Assembly: GCA_044236265.1 (NCBI GenBank)
Contig: JBIIGV010000043.1
Location: forward strand, 1-22,148
Length of the DNA stretch: 22,148 nucleotides
DNA from: Oligoflexales bacterium
Lineage (GTDB): Bacteria; Bdellovibrionota_B; Oligoflexia; Oligoflexales; RGVZ01
Direction: 5' to 3'
Made by a program: the position numbers and the translations under genes. The notes below the pieces were generated by a model. The model saw only the letters and a list, made by a program, of their open reading frames with translations, was not told the origin of the DNA and did no database searches. Shown one piece after another: positions 1-8,956 of this stretch (its first letter is position 1; each line of letters starts with the position of its first letter).

Positions 1-2
1 CA

Positions 3-1088
3 ATAACATGTATTTCCTTGCTAGCCGCCTGTGCCACGACAGGAAGCCAACAGCAGGAACCTGCCAGAAGACGAAAGCCTATCAGCCATCCAGCTCCAGC
101 CTCTAAAACTGGAGATGTTCAGCCAGTTAAAATAGAAGCCGTGTCAGAAACTCGTACTAACGAGTTGGACTATGCTGGTTTTTTTGAAAAAGTTTCCTCT
201 CCCAACCAGAACTTTACGGAAAAAGATCGCCAACAGTTTCTCGCTTTTCCTGCAAATCCCCAACCGGGAACACTCCATGAGGCTGCCATTGTGGTTGGAA
301 TCTTAAGGGATATTGTCACGCCGATCGGTGGCCACAGGTCAACGTTCCGCGAAGTGGATATGGCAGCTGCTCAGAATGCAGAGAACTCATCATCTGTTAT
401 CGATCAAGGATCGACAAAAATTGAACCGCAACTCATACTCGAAACACGTTGCCGGGAAAAAGGCGTTGATCTCATCACGGCTATCTCCACCAATCCTCAT
501 CTCCGTTCTTACGCCATTTACAATTTGACACTGGATGCCAGTCGGTTTGATGGGAATAGCCCGTTGTTTTTACAAAACCTCCTCAATGCACTAAAAACCG
601 AGACCCAATCATGGGGTGACTTGGCTCGCAAGATGGGTATGGATGTCCAACCTGTCGGAGCCGAAGGCACGCTGTCCCCTCAAAGCCCATCACCAGAGGC
701 GCAAGCGCCGACAATCACCGCGTCGCCGGAAGAAAACTCTGTTGCTCATCAAATCATGACAAAAGCAACCGAGTACGCAGGGAAAGAGGACTACGAAAAG
801 GCTGTGGTTGAGGCTAGAAAAGTTCCCCAAGGCACCGATCACTATGCCTCTGCACAGGAAAGCCTGAAGGGTTGGGCCAATCGCGCCGTCCAAGATCTGA
901 GGCGACAAGCCGCGAGTCAGTATCGTTCTAGTTCATCCATGCCAGAATCCACTGGCAAAAAGTCACATCTGCAAAAAGCCAAAAACTACCTTGAAATTGC
1001 CATTACAAAGTATCCAGAGGCTTCGACGCTTGACACCGTCAAAGAAAACCTCGAGATCATCAACAAAGAGCTCGAGCGACTAAAATAA
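3..1088 (+). CDS. Putative lipoprotein with C-terminal TPR-like helical domain; 5' end lies outside the window
   Basis: Frame is open from base 3 (ITCISLLAAC), with a lipobox LAA-C (Cys at 30-32). Pro/Ser-rich linkers. C-terminal helices (KATEYAGKEDYEKAV, AKNYLEIAITKYPEAS) resemble TPR-type repeats. Ends at TAA, followed by a terminator. Confidence 0.7.
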   Translation: MTCISLLAACATTGSQQQEPARRRKPISHPAPASKTGDVQPVKIEAVSETRTNELDYAGFFEKVSSPNQNFTEKDRQQFLAFPANPQPGTLHEAAIVVGILRDIVTPIGGHRSTFREVDMAAAQNAENSSSVIDQGSTKIEPQLILETRCREKGVDLITAISTNPHLRSYAIYNLTLDASRFDGNSPLFLQNLLNALKTETQSWGDLARKMGMDVQPVGAEGTLSPQSPSPEAQAPTITASPEENSVAHQIMTKATEYAGKEDYEKAVVEARKVPQGTDHYASAQESLKGWANRAVQDLRRQAASQYRSSSSMPESTGKKSHLQKAKNYLEIAITKYPEASTLDTVKENLEIINKELERLK

Positions 1089-1124
1089 AAAAACCGGCGC
1101 TTGGTTAATCAAGCGCCGGTTTTT
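1089..1124. terminator. Bidirectional intrinsic terminator between convergent genes
   Basis: Perfect 15-bp inverted repeat AAAAACCGGCGCTTG (1089-1103) / CAAGCGCCGGTTTTT (1110-1124), 6-nt loop, T-tracts on both strands. Confidence 0.9.
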
Positions 1125-1134
1125 ATTTGGAACC

Positions 1135-1638
1135 TTATTCATCTTCTTGCACGGCTTCGCCATCTTCCTCGCCGCCTTTACCGTTCAGACGACTACGAAC
1201 CATTTCTATGGGCGCACCGAAATTAATGCCATCGAGGGGAACCGCTAAGTAGTTAGGGAACTTCTGCTCGATAAAGGAAATTGCGTCATCGATTGAGGCA
1301 AAAATTGGATATTTCGAGGTGTAGTTATATGACTGCAATAGCGCTTTTGGTTTATCCATAACACCTGAAAAAAGGAACGGGATGCGAACGCGCTTCATCA
1401 GCTGCATCAGCTCCTCAAGAAAATCAGCAGGTACTTCTTTCTCATCCTGTAAATCAAAAATCACATAGCGAAGATGAGTTCCAATCAGCCAGTTGTGAAC
1501 AGCAACCACAAAATCGGCACCAACGAAGCCATCAATCGGTGAAACAATTGAAGCAACAGAGCTTGAAACAGGCCTCGAGGTCTGAATGACGTTCATTACG
1601 ACCGCGCGATCTACTTTTTCCGGAATAAACTCCAACAT
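1135..1638 (-). CDS. STAS-domain-like (anti-sigma-factor antagonist-like) protein
   Basis: Pattern YVIFDLQDEKEV...FLEELMQLMKR...FLFSGVMDKPKALL...YPIFASIDDAI follows the STAS/SpoIIAA fold. GGGAG upstream of the ATG. Acidic tail. Confidence 0.6.
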   Translation of the reverse strand: MLEFIPEKVDRAVVMNVIQTSRPVSSSVASIVSPIDGFVGADFVVAVHNWLIGTHLRYVIFDLQDEKEVPADFLEELMQLMKRVRIPFLFSGVMDKPKALLQSYNYTSKYPIFASIDDAISFIEQKFPNYLAVPLDGINFGAPIEMVRSRLNGKGGEEDGEAVQEDE

Positions 1639-1709
1639 CCGAACCGACTCCCATACAGTTTAGTCTTAAGACGAAAACCAACATTACTAGTGGAAACAGC
1701 TAGGGCCCG

Positions 1710-2249
1710 TCAAGTTTCCGAATCAATTTGGCTCGTGAAATCCTCACTCAAATTTAACTGAACCCCGAGAATCTCCCGCTGCCCAAAGCTAGACAAGCCT
1801 TCGACCCAACGATGAATCAGGCTCCGTTTGACCTCATGTAGCGATGTTTTCCTAAAATTTTCGCGGAGTTCCGGAAGAACGCGCACTAAGGTTTCCCGCA
1901 TCTCGTTTTCACCGAGTGCCTCGTAGCGAAGTTTTTTCATGCGAAGGGGTACCGCCCCAGAGCCTGCCAAAATAATGAGCCGTTCATCTTGCTCTGGATC
2001 AAGGGTCCCAGTCTCCACCAGCCTCGCAATAGGGACATCCGCTCCAATCTGCAGCGTCGCAATCCACTTACCCTTGTGGCGATCGAGCTCGCTCGGCAGC
2101 TGTTCAAACGTCATCGCCACGCGCCAATCAACCCCATCAGCATCTCGCATCATTTGAAAATTATTACTAAATAACCAGTTTTCCCACTCGGCCTGAGCGC
2201 CGGTCAGACTTTTAACAACGGGCTTGGACGGGAGCCGATCAAATTCCAT
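1710..2249 (-). CDS. Hypothetical protein, 179 aa
   Basis: ATG preceded by GAGG on the minus strand. Globular composition. Fills the gap between the STAS gene and lptE. No family recognised. Confidence 0.7.
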   Translation of the reverse strand: MEFDRLPSKPVVKSLTGAQAEWENWLFSNNFQMMRDADGVDWRVAMTFEQLPSELDRHKGKWIATLQIGADVPIARLVETGTLDPEQDERLIILAGSGAVPLRMKKLRYEALGENEMRETLVRVLPELRENFRKTSLHEVKRSLIHRWVEGLSSFGQREILGVQLNLSEDFTSQIDSET

Positions 2250-2292
2250 GGCAACCTCAAATGCTTCGAGTTATGGTAGCTTTATGACCATT

Positions 2293-2946
2293 ATGAAGAA
2301 CGCCTCACAAGAGTCTACTAGAAAATTCAGGAAGCTGGCCACGCTCCTGGTTCTTGCGCACTGTATGGTTGGTTGCACCTACCAGCTTACGAATCTCAAG
2401 TCCTCAACCCCCAATAATATCCGTAGTATTTATGTTGAGGCGATCTACGATACCGCCTCAGAGCCAGTTCCCCATGAAGTCCTTTGGGATGAAATACAGC
2501 GCGCAATCGCTGCAAACGGACAGCTGCGTTTAGCCCGTCCCTACGAAGCCGACGCCATACTGCGCGCCCATATCGTTAGGGCGCAAACGGGTAAGGCCGG
2601 CGAGCGTAAAGCACCCGTCGCCGTCAGAAGGACCAGTGAGCCTGATGTATTTGCGGGACAGCAGCAACCCCCAACTCCTGGTCAGCTTAGAGACATCAGC
2701 ATAGCAGATGACTATTTCATGAAGACGTCTTGGTCATCGGCCGTTCATGTGGAAGTTTGGGATCTGACCACTAGAAAGCTAGTCCTACAACGTCAGTATG
2801 CATTATCGGGAGAAGTCCCCACCATTCGGGGGGATGTGCCAGCTGAGATTCATCACATACGTAATGAAGAGTCCTTTCAGCACAGCTTTGGAAACGCTTC
2901 TAAAGCGGTTGCCGAGAGAATTGTTGGCGACTTATTAGTCCGCTGA
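2293..2946 (+). CDS. lptE: LptE-family LPS-assembly lipoprotein (start ATG 2293 or 2284)
   Basis: Signal peptide with lipobox MVG-C followed by TYQL. Motifs IRSIYVEAI, ADAILRAHI, VHVEVWDLTTRKLV and a C-terminal helix SKAVAERIVGDL are typical of LptE. Adjacent to lptD. Confidence 0.7.
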   Translation: MKNASQESTRKFRKLATLLVLAHCMVGCTYQLTNLKSSTPNNIRSIYVEAIYDTASEPVPHEVLWDEIQRAIAANGQLRLARPYEADAILRAHIVRAQTGKAGERKAPVAVRRTSEPDVFAGQQQPPTPGQLRDISIADDYFMKTSWSSAVHVEVWDLTTRKLVLQRQYALSGEVPTIRGDVPAEIHHIRNEESFQHSFGNASKAVAERIVGDLLVR

Positions 2947-2950
2947 GTAT

Positions 2951-5900
2951 TTAATTTTTTTTCAGCTCTCTCTCAAGCCCACTAGACATATTGGGAAGCT
3001 CGCGCGTTTGTCCCATAAAGGTAACGTTTAACTGTAAGAGATAACTTGCAGCCCTCTCCTCCACGCCGTAACCCTTTTCCCGCGAAAAACCAAGTCCCCA
3101 ACAACCACTGGCAGACCCATACACCAAACTGATCTTTTGGCGATAATCCTGCTTTGGTAATTCGTTGATCTTATCCTTGCGGGAGTAGCTCCAACTTGCT
3201 GAAACCGGACTGATCAAAGAGGTCACAAATGTTAGAGATCTTTCCGCAGTCGATATGAATGACAAATTTCCGTTTGATACGACAGGAAGCCTTTCGATCG
3301 TATAACCAAATGCGATGTTTGATTTAAATAAATCAGGAGGTACCAAATTTGCGGAGAACTTGGTCTGAGATTTGTCATAGATGTTATATTTTGATGAAGA
3401 GCTAAGTGACCAGCGGGAAATCAGGAGAGCGAGAGACGAATCAAGCTCACTCCACGGACGATTTTCACGCGACCTACCATATTTCCTACGACGAACATCT
3501 TTTAGCCGGTCATACGAGACAGAGGCGCCAAAGCTGACCGGTTCGACATAGTCCGTATCAAGAAGTTGATAGCGGTTTGTGAACCATTTGGTTTGGTCAT
3601 TTGAAAATATGTCATCTGCCGCTCTGACGGGTCTGTCCATCGTGTAAAGTAGATCTCTACGAGCTCGATCCTCAGAGGACAACTTTGCCATCTCCTTTGC
3701 ATGATCTTCACTTTGTTCACCGGTAATTGTTTTCCAAATTTCGCTGTAGAGCTTCCAGCGATGGGATGTTGAAAAGGTGACAATTTGGTATTCATCCATA
3801 AAGTCGGTTGGCGCAATGTTATCGTCAATTCCTGCCTTATCGGTTGCAAACCAAGTAGCCGGCATTTTGCCAAGCAGGCTTCCAGTATCTCCGTAGGGAC
3901 CACGCCGGCGAACCATCGGACGAGCTGCGAGAGTGATCGACCAGTTCATTACATGCTGAATAATGCGACGACCGGTCTCATCTGAAAACCCTCCCAGCCA
4001 AGTGGGAAGAAGAGCCTTTCCATCAATCGGAAGCTGAAACCTGAATCCAGTCCGCCAAGACTGCAGTGAGCTATCTAGCCCATCCAAACGAGAGGTTTCT
4101 TTATCGCGGCTACCATCAAAGCTCATAATGCGAGCTTCCAAATCAGTAAAATGATCGACCTGTACTGCCGTGCGTGTGGTCAAAGGGGCTAGTATCGAAG
4201 CCTCAGCACGCCTCCAGTGCCCAGCAGGTATCCATTGCTGTCTGTATTCGGCATCATTTGCGGAGCCTGGATTGCGTGTAATCCTAAAATCATCGGCCAA
4301 AAAACGACTGTAGATTGGCAAGCCAGTTGATTTCAGAGTAAACCATCGTGATCTTGCTTGTGCCACCACGGGTAATTGATACCCCTCGAAACGATCATTG
4401 AGCCGTGAAGGATCACCCAAATAGGATCCTAGACCCAGAAAGTACTGGCTTCCATCATAGGTCACTCGAGATCTAACTGGATTTATCGGTCTTTCTCCAT
4501 TTCCAGTGTCAAATCCGGGCTGGACCGCTTCGGGGATGTATACGTCGGGATTATATTGTCGGTCTGAATAAATATCCCCCGAGGATACAAATGAGACGCG
4601 CTCATCCAAACGATCAGAAATTCGCCATTTAGCCAGGCCACGATTTACGTTCCCAGGCGCACGCACAGAGCGCAGAATTGATTCTTCGCAGCGTCTGCTG
4701 ACCACCGGGTCTGGATCAAGACACTCCTTTGCATGGGTCTCCCACCAGTCACGCTGCGCTAAACGCATGCGCGCGTAGTCTCGGCCAGAAAAACCACTTA
4801 AATCTGCCGGATTTGCTCCTTGGGGTTGAGCCCTTGCCACCCTTAGGCCATCTGCGTACATTTGCGACAAGTTTCGTCTCGTCGCCCTCTGCTTCAACCA
4901 AATGCGATCTCGCATACCCTCAACGTTTAATTGATAACCGCTGTATTGGCGACGCTTCAAACGCACTTCAAGCCCAGCTCGAAGTCCACGCTTCTCAAAA
5001 ACGTCACCCTTCACCGTTGCGTCCTTATTAGATCCAAGGTCTAGAAACAGTGGCTGGGAAAAACCGGAGCCAGAAACCGCATCTTCTGTGAATGTTGGCA
5101 TGAGTAGCCCCGACTGACGACGATCCTTTATCGGAATTTTAAGCCACGGAACGTAGAGCACAGGAATACCTTTGATCTCAAGCAGCGCATCGTAGAATGT
5201 TGCATAACCGCCCAGCTGTGCGTCTGTAGAAGCAGACCTAATCCCCCACGCTGGCTTCTCATCTTTCTCACAGCGGCAAGATGTCCAAAGGGCGTGTTTG
5301 GCCCGAAAGTCGTTACCATTGGTCTTTGTAATTTCATCGCCTTCCAGGCGGAAGTAACTTTGACGTTCGCTGCCGCCTTTAATGACTTCTGAAATTTTTG
5401 ACTGCTCCCAAAAGTCTCGACGCTTCCTCAACGTGTTTCGCCTGGACTCTGTCATCTGAGCAAATGCAGGGTTCTCCTGACTTTTGATCAGGTTTTCCTG
5501 CTCAAGAAGCCGGGCATAGGCATTAATCTCCTCAGCAGCCGGATCCTGGCCTAATTTAGCTTTTCTTCGTACGTTTTGACGTATCTCGTCTTTCTTTTTT
5601 GTGATTTCGTCCAACTGTGACTTGCGGTCAGCCTCGAAACTTAACTCCTGAACTGAAAATCCAAGAACATCTTTTGCAATTTGATCTGCCTGCTCCCGAT
5701 CATTCACAATCATGCGCGCGCCGGTCAGTTTGAAATCGGCCGTATCAAGATAAAAATCAATTTTATCACCAGTTAAAATCTGATCTGCCGCGAGGATCAC
5801 AACGTGTCCTTCCGCGGTAATCTTTTTGCTCTCTTGATCAAAAATAACTTTGTCGGCCGTAACAATACTTCGCGCACCAATCGCTATAACGTCTCCGTCG

Positions 5901-6100
5901 AGCACTTGCTGCTTGCCGTCACGCGCAAACCCTGTTGAGCGAGCATCAAAAAATAATTGAGGGCGTCCAGTGTCAGATTCAGGAATGATCTCGCCGGGAA
6001 CAGGTAGCGTCACATTTGATTGCTGTGAGACGGCGTCATCGGCCCAGCTCAGAATGAGCATGAGCAGAATTATAAAATGAGTCTTCCGATGTTGAAGCAT
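2951..6100 (-). CDS. lptD: LPS-assembly outer-membrane protein LptD, about 1049 aa
   Basis: Signal peptide; OstA-type jellyroll (TADKVIFDQESKKITAEGHV, LTGDKI); WTSCRC..PAW; IKGIPVLYVPW..P..RRQSGLLMP; beta-barrel strands; C-terminal CWG. ATG at 6100 overlaps the folC stop (TGATG). Confidence 0.85.
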   Translation of the reverse strand: MLQHRKTHFIILLMLILSWADDAVSQQSNVTLPVPGEIIPESDTGRPQLFFDARSTGFARDGKQQVLDGDVIAIGARSIVTADKVIFDQESKKITAEGHVVILAADQILTGDKIDFYLDTADFKLTGARMIVNDREQADQIAKDVLGFSVQELSFEADRKSQLDEITKKKDEIRQNVRRKAKLGQDPAAEEINAYARLLEQENLIKSQENPAFAQMTESRRNTLRKRRDFWEQSKISEVIKGGSERQSYFRLEGDEITKTNGNDFRAKHALWTSCRCEKDEKPAWGIRSASTDAQLGGYATFYDALLEIKGIPVLYVPWLKIPIKDRRQSGLLMPTFTEDAVSGSGFSQPLFLDLGSNKDATVKGDVFEKRGLRAGLEVRLKRRQYSGYQLNVEGMRDRIWLKQRATRRNLSQMYADGLRVARAQPQGANPADLSGFSGRDYARMRLAQRDWWETHAKECLDPDPVVSRRCEESILRSVRAPGNVNRGLAKWRISDRLDERVSFVSSGDIYSDRQYNPDVYIPEAVQPGFDTGNGERPINPVRSRVTYDGSQYFLGLGSYLGDPSRLNDRFEGYQLPVVAQARSRWFTLKSTGLPIYSRFLADDFRITRNPGSANDAEYRQQWIPAGHWRRAEASILAPLTTRTAVQVDHFTDLEARIMSFDGSRDKETSRLDGLDSSLQSWRTGFRFQLPIDGKALLPTWLGGFSDETGRRIIQHVMNWSITLAARPMVRRRGPYGDTGSLLGKMPATWFATDKAGIDDNIAPTDFMDEYQIVTFSTSHRWKLYSEIWKTITGEQSEDHAKEMAKLSSEDRARRDLLYTMDRPVRAADDIFSNDQTKWFTNRYQLLDTDYVEPVSFGASVSYDRLKDVRRRKYGRSRENRPWSELDSSLALLISRWSLSSSSKYNIYDKSQTKFSANLVPPDLFKSNIAFGYTIERLPVVSNGNLSFISTAERSLTFVTSLISPVSASWSYSRKDKINELPKQDYRQKISLVYGSASGCWGLGFSREKGYGVEERAASYLLQLNVTFMGQTRELPNMSSGLERELKKN

Positions 6101-7401
6101 CAATCCCTGACTTTCCTCACAACCGACCAACCGTCACTGCGAAAATACGAGAGGACATCTCCCACAGCGGCAACGGAGCCAAAAATCAACCATGGCGACT
6201 GTGTCTGCCAGCTTTTGCGGGACAGCGCCAGGTCCCAAGCACTCTGAAAAGACTCCATCATTGGCCCCTCAATGCGATGATCTTGTTCATGCCATGACCT
6301 GGATGACGGAATCTTAAATCGAATGACTTCGCTAATCTTACCTCTTATTTCGGCCCATATGCCAGACGCATCTTTGTCTGATAGCACGCTAATAAGGCAT
6401 GGTCGTTTTGACCCAAACGGCACAACGCCAGTTTCTTCGAGCGCGTGGTTCAATGCTCTTGCCCCGTGCGGGTTGTGACACACATCAATCAACAGATCTT
6501 GACGAACGTCACCTTTTTGAACTGTTATCAATTCAAATCGTCCATTCAACGTCACCGGCCATGGAAGCTGAGGCTTATCAAAGTCAGCGACAGCCTTTGA
6601 AAGAGATCCCCTGGACAGCTTTGAACAAGCACCAGAATCTGCAAAGACATCTAAAGCCGTCATTGCGGTGTGAAAATTATTTAATAGAAATGATGGATAA
6701 TGCGCCAGAAGCTTGGAGGGCGGGCCGATCTCGTGCTTTTTTGACAAGATGACATTTGCCCCGATCTTTTTTGCACAATCTAAAATCGTATCGTGAGCCT
6801 CTCGCTCACTTGACCCAACGCCACCCCACACGATTGGTTTTCCTGGACGCATGATACCAGCTTTTTCCTGGGCAATTTGCCCGTGAGTCGTCCCTAAATA
6901 CTCCTGATGATCAAGGCCAATGCTGGTGATAATCGCCACATCTGCGTCAAACACATTAACGCAGTCTAGTCTTCCCCCCAAACCAACCTCCCAAACATTA
7001 ACGTCTGTTTGGAATTCATCGAAGACGCGGGCCGCTAGGAGAGTATTGATTTCGAAAAATGTAAGCTCGGCCCAAAGGGTCTCAGGCAACATTTTTTTTA
7101 TGTTTTTTATATGGTTAACAAGAATAGCGTTAGAGACATCCGCATCTGATATCGAAAAACGCTCTCTAAACTCGATGAGATGCGGAGACGAGAACATACC
7201 CACTCGAATGCCCGCCGCTGCCAGAAGACGAAAAAGAAAGCCACAAGTGCTTCCTTTTCCATTGGTTCCTGCGACAACGAAACAGGGCGTCCGTCGCGCT
7301 GGCCACCCTATTATATCGAACGCTCTAGTGATGCGCTCAAGGCCGGGCTTAATGACAGTTGCTCTTTTGTCAAAGAGCTCCAGGATTTCTACAGGCTCCA
7401 C
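6100..7401 (-). CDS. folC: Bifunctional folylpolyglutamate synthase / dihydrofolate synthase
   Basis: VAGTNGKGST P-loop, FSSPHL..FRER, LTFFE, EVGLGGRLD, IGLDH, EKAGI, GRFE, DVCHNPHG, FGS motifs. Directly downstream of accD. Confidence 0.95.
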   Translation of the reverse strand: MEPVEILELFDKRATVIKPGLERITRAFDIIGWPARRTPCFVVAGTNGKGSTCGFLFRLLAAAGIRVGMFSSPHLIEFRERFSISDADVSNAILVNHIKNIKKMLPETLWAELTFFEINTLLAARVFDEFQTDVNVWEVGLGGRLDCVNVFDADVAIITSIGLDHQEYLGTTHGQIAQEKAGIMRPGKPIVWGGVGSSEREAHDTILDCAKKIGANVILSKKHEIGPPSKLLAHYPSFLLNNFHTAMTALDVFADSGACSKLSRGSLSKAVADFDKPQLPWPVTLNGRFELITVQKGDVRQDLLIDVCHNPHGARALNHALEETGVVPFGSKRPCLISVLSDKDASGIWAEIRGKISEVIRFKIPSSRSWHEQDHRIEGPMMESFQSAWDLALSRKSWQTQSPWLIFGSVAAVGDVLSYFRSDGWSVVRKVRD

Positions 7402-7402
7402 T

Positions 7403-8257
7403 TTAGCTCTTCGCTATGTTGGCTGCCAAAATATCGAGAACTCTCGAGATTGTTCCCCGCAATGAGTCGCGATGGGAAATCAAATCAAGCATGCCATGCT
7501 CCAGCAAGTATTCTGCCCGCTGAAATCCTTCTGGCAACTGCGCTCGGATTGTTTGCTCGATAACTCTAGGGCCCGCAAACCCAATCAATGCGTTGGGTTC
7601 ACCAATATTAATATCACCAAGCATGGCAAAACTTGCAGCGACTCCGCCAGTAGTTGGGTGACAAAGTATTGAAATGTAAGGAACGCCAGCATCTCGCATC
7701 TTGGAGACCGCAGCGCACGTCTTTGCCATCTGCATGAGGCTTACAAGCCCCTCCTGCATCCTTGCACCACCAGACGAACTAACGACAATAGCTGGAACCT
7801 TCTCCGCGGTTGCGCGCATAAAAAGCCGCGCAATCTTTTCTCCGACAACGGAGCCCATACTGCCGCCCATAAATTGGAAGTCGAACACGCCAACGTGAAC
7901 TGGACGGCCATTAATCGTCCCTTTGCCAGAGACGAACGCATCCCAACGACCAGTTTTCTTATGCTGTTCTTCAAGACGCTTTGAGTATGCTTTGCTGTCG
8001 GAGAACTTCAGTGGATCAGAACTTCTCAGATTACCATCCGCTTCTACAAATGAGCCGTCGTCACACAGGCTGTGTATGCGCTCCCAAACTGGAAGCGGAT
8101 AATGGTGATCGCACTTTGGGCAAACATTCAGGTTTTCGTTAAGCTCTTTTTTCAAAATGATCTCGGAGCAGTTTACACACTTCTCCCAGAGACCATCTGG
8201 CGTATCGATTCGCTCACTCTTGGCAATCGGTGCCTTTTCACGTTCCAACCACGCCAC
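7403..8257 (-). CDS. accD: Acetyl-CoA carboxylase carboxyltransferase beta subunit
   Basis: GLWEKCVNC...VCPKC zinc ribbon, FMGGSMGSVVGEK, SGGARMQEG, PTTGGVAASFA, IGFAGPRVIEQT. GTG start with GGAGGG upstream. Confidence 0.97.
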   Translation of the reverse strand: MAWLEREKAPIAKSERIDTPDGLWEKCVNCSEIILKKELNENLNVCPKCDHHYPLPVWERIHSLCDDGSFVEADGNLRSSDPLKFSDSKAYSKRLEEQHKKTGRWDAFVSGKGTINGRPVHVGVFDFQFMGGSMGSVVGEKIARLFMRATAEKVPAIVVSSSGGARMQEGLVSLMQMAKTCAAVSKMRDAGVPYISILCHPTTGGVAASFAMLGDINIGEPNALIGFAGPRVIEQTIRAQLPEGFQRAEYLLEHGMLDLISHRDSLRGTISRVLDILAANIAKS

Positions 8258-8434
8258 AACAAAGCCCTCCGCATTTGAGAATCCAGCAATTTATTAGGCT
8301 GATGAATGAAGGTATCCGGTTCAGAAAAGACCGTCAACCATCCGGAACCCCCACTGAAAATCCAATCATCCAAGCTAAGAATCCTATTTTAAACTGAAGT
8401 TAAAAAAAGAATTTAATCGGCCCAAATAAATTTA

Positions 8435-8462
8435 TTGCAATCAGTCAATTTGGTGTTATGAT
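8435..8462 (+). promoter_or_regulatory. Putative sigma70 promoter with extended -10
   Basis: TTGCAA (8435-8440), 16-bp spacer, TG-t-TATGAT (8454-8462), AT-rich sequence upstream. Confidence 0.55.
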
Positions 8463-8618
8463 CCAATTTAAATAACATTAGAGTTGCATGAGTTTCGATT
8501 TATCCGAACAGCCAAGGTAGCCTTGAAAAACAGGAAGGCGGCGGTGGGATCGGGCAGATTGAAGCCCCGTGCGAACGTTGTATCGACAACTTTTTTCATC
8601 CAGGGAAAGGATCGAAGA

Positions 8619-8900
8619 ATGCTTTGCTCACGTTGTCCTCATCATGTTCGTCATGGCAATCTCGCTGCCGATCGGAAAACCATCGAGTTTAAAGACCGCT
8701 GCGGCCTCAAAATGCGACAGGGCAAAGAAGAGTCCTGCGATAAGGTCCCTTTCCAGAAGGGCTTCAACTATGTTGAATGCGATATCTATCAAGTCACATT
8801 TAAGAGCAGCGGTCAGCGCAATGACTGCGTACCAACGAGTGACTTTCAGTACTCTGACTCTTTAAGCGGCACTCCGCTTGCGGAAATGGAACTACTATAA
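8619..8900 (+). CDS. Small Cys/His-rich hypothetical protein (93 aa), possibly metal-binding
   Basis: ATG 8619 preceded by GGAAAGGA. Begins MLCSRCPHHVRH, six Cys in total, no signal peptide. The longer TTG-start version (8484) looks like untranslated leader. Confidence 0.65.
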   Translation: MLCSRCPHHVRHGNLAADRKTIEFKDRCGLKMRQGKEESCDKVPFQKGFNYVECDIYQVTFKSSGQRNDCVPTSDFQYSDSLSGTPLAEMELL

Positions 8901-8956
8901 TCTGTCCCTTTACTTGTTGACGATGGCGGCCTCGGTTCACTAAAGTCCGCCACCTT

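Noticed and set aside
8922..8953. GATGGCGG...CCGCCA hairpin before xth as a fluoride riboswitch or terminator
   Set aside because: Only a 6-bp stem with a large loop. It lacks the fluoride riboswitch pseudoknot elements and a U-tract.
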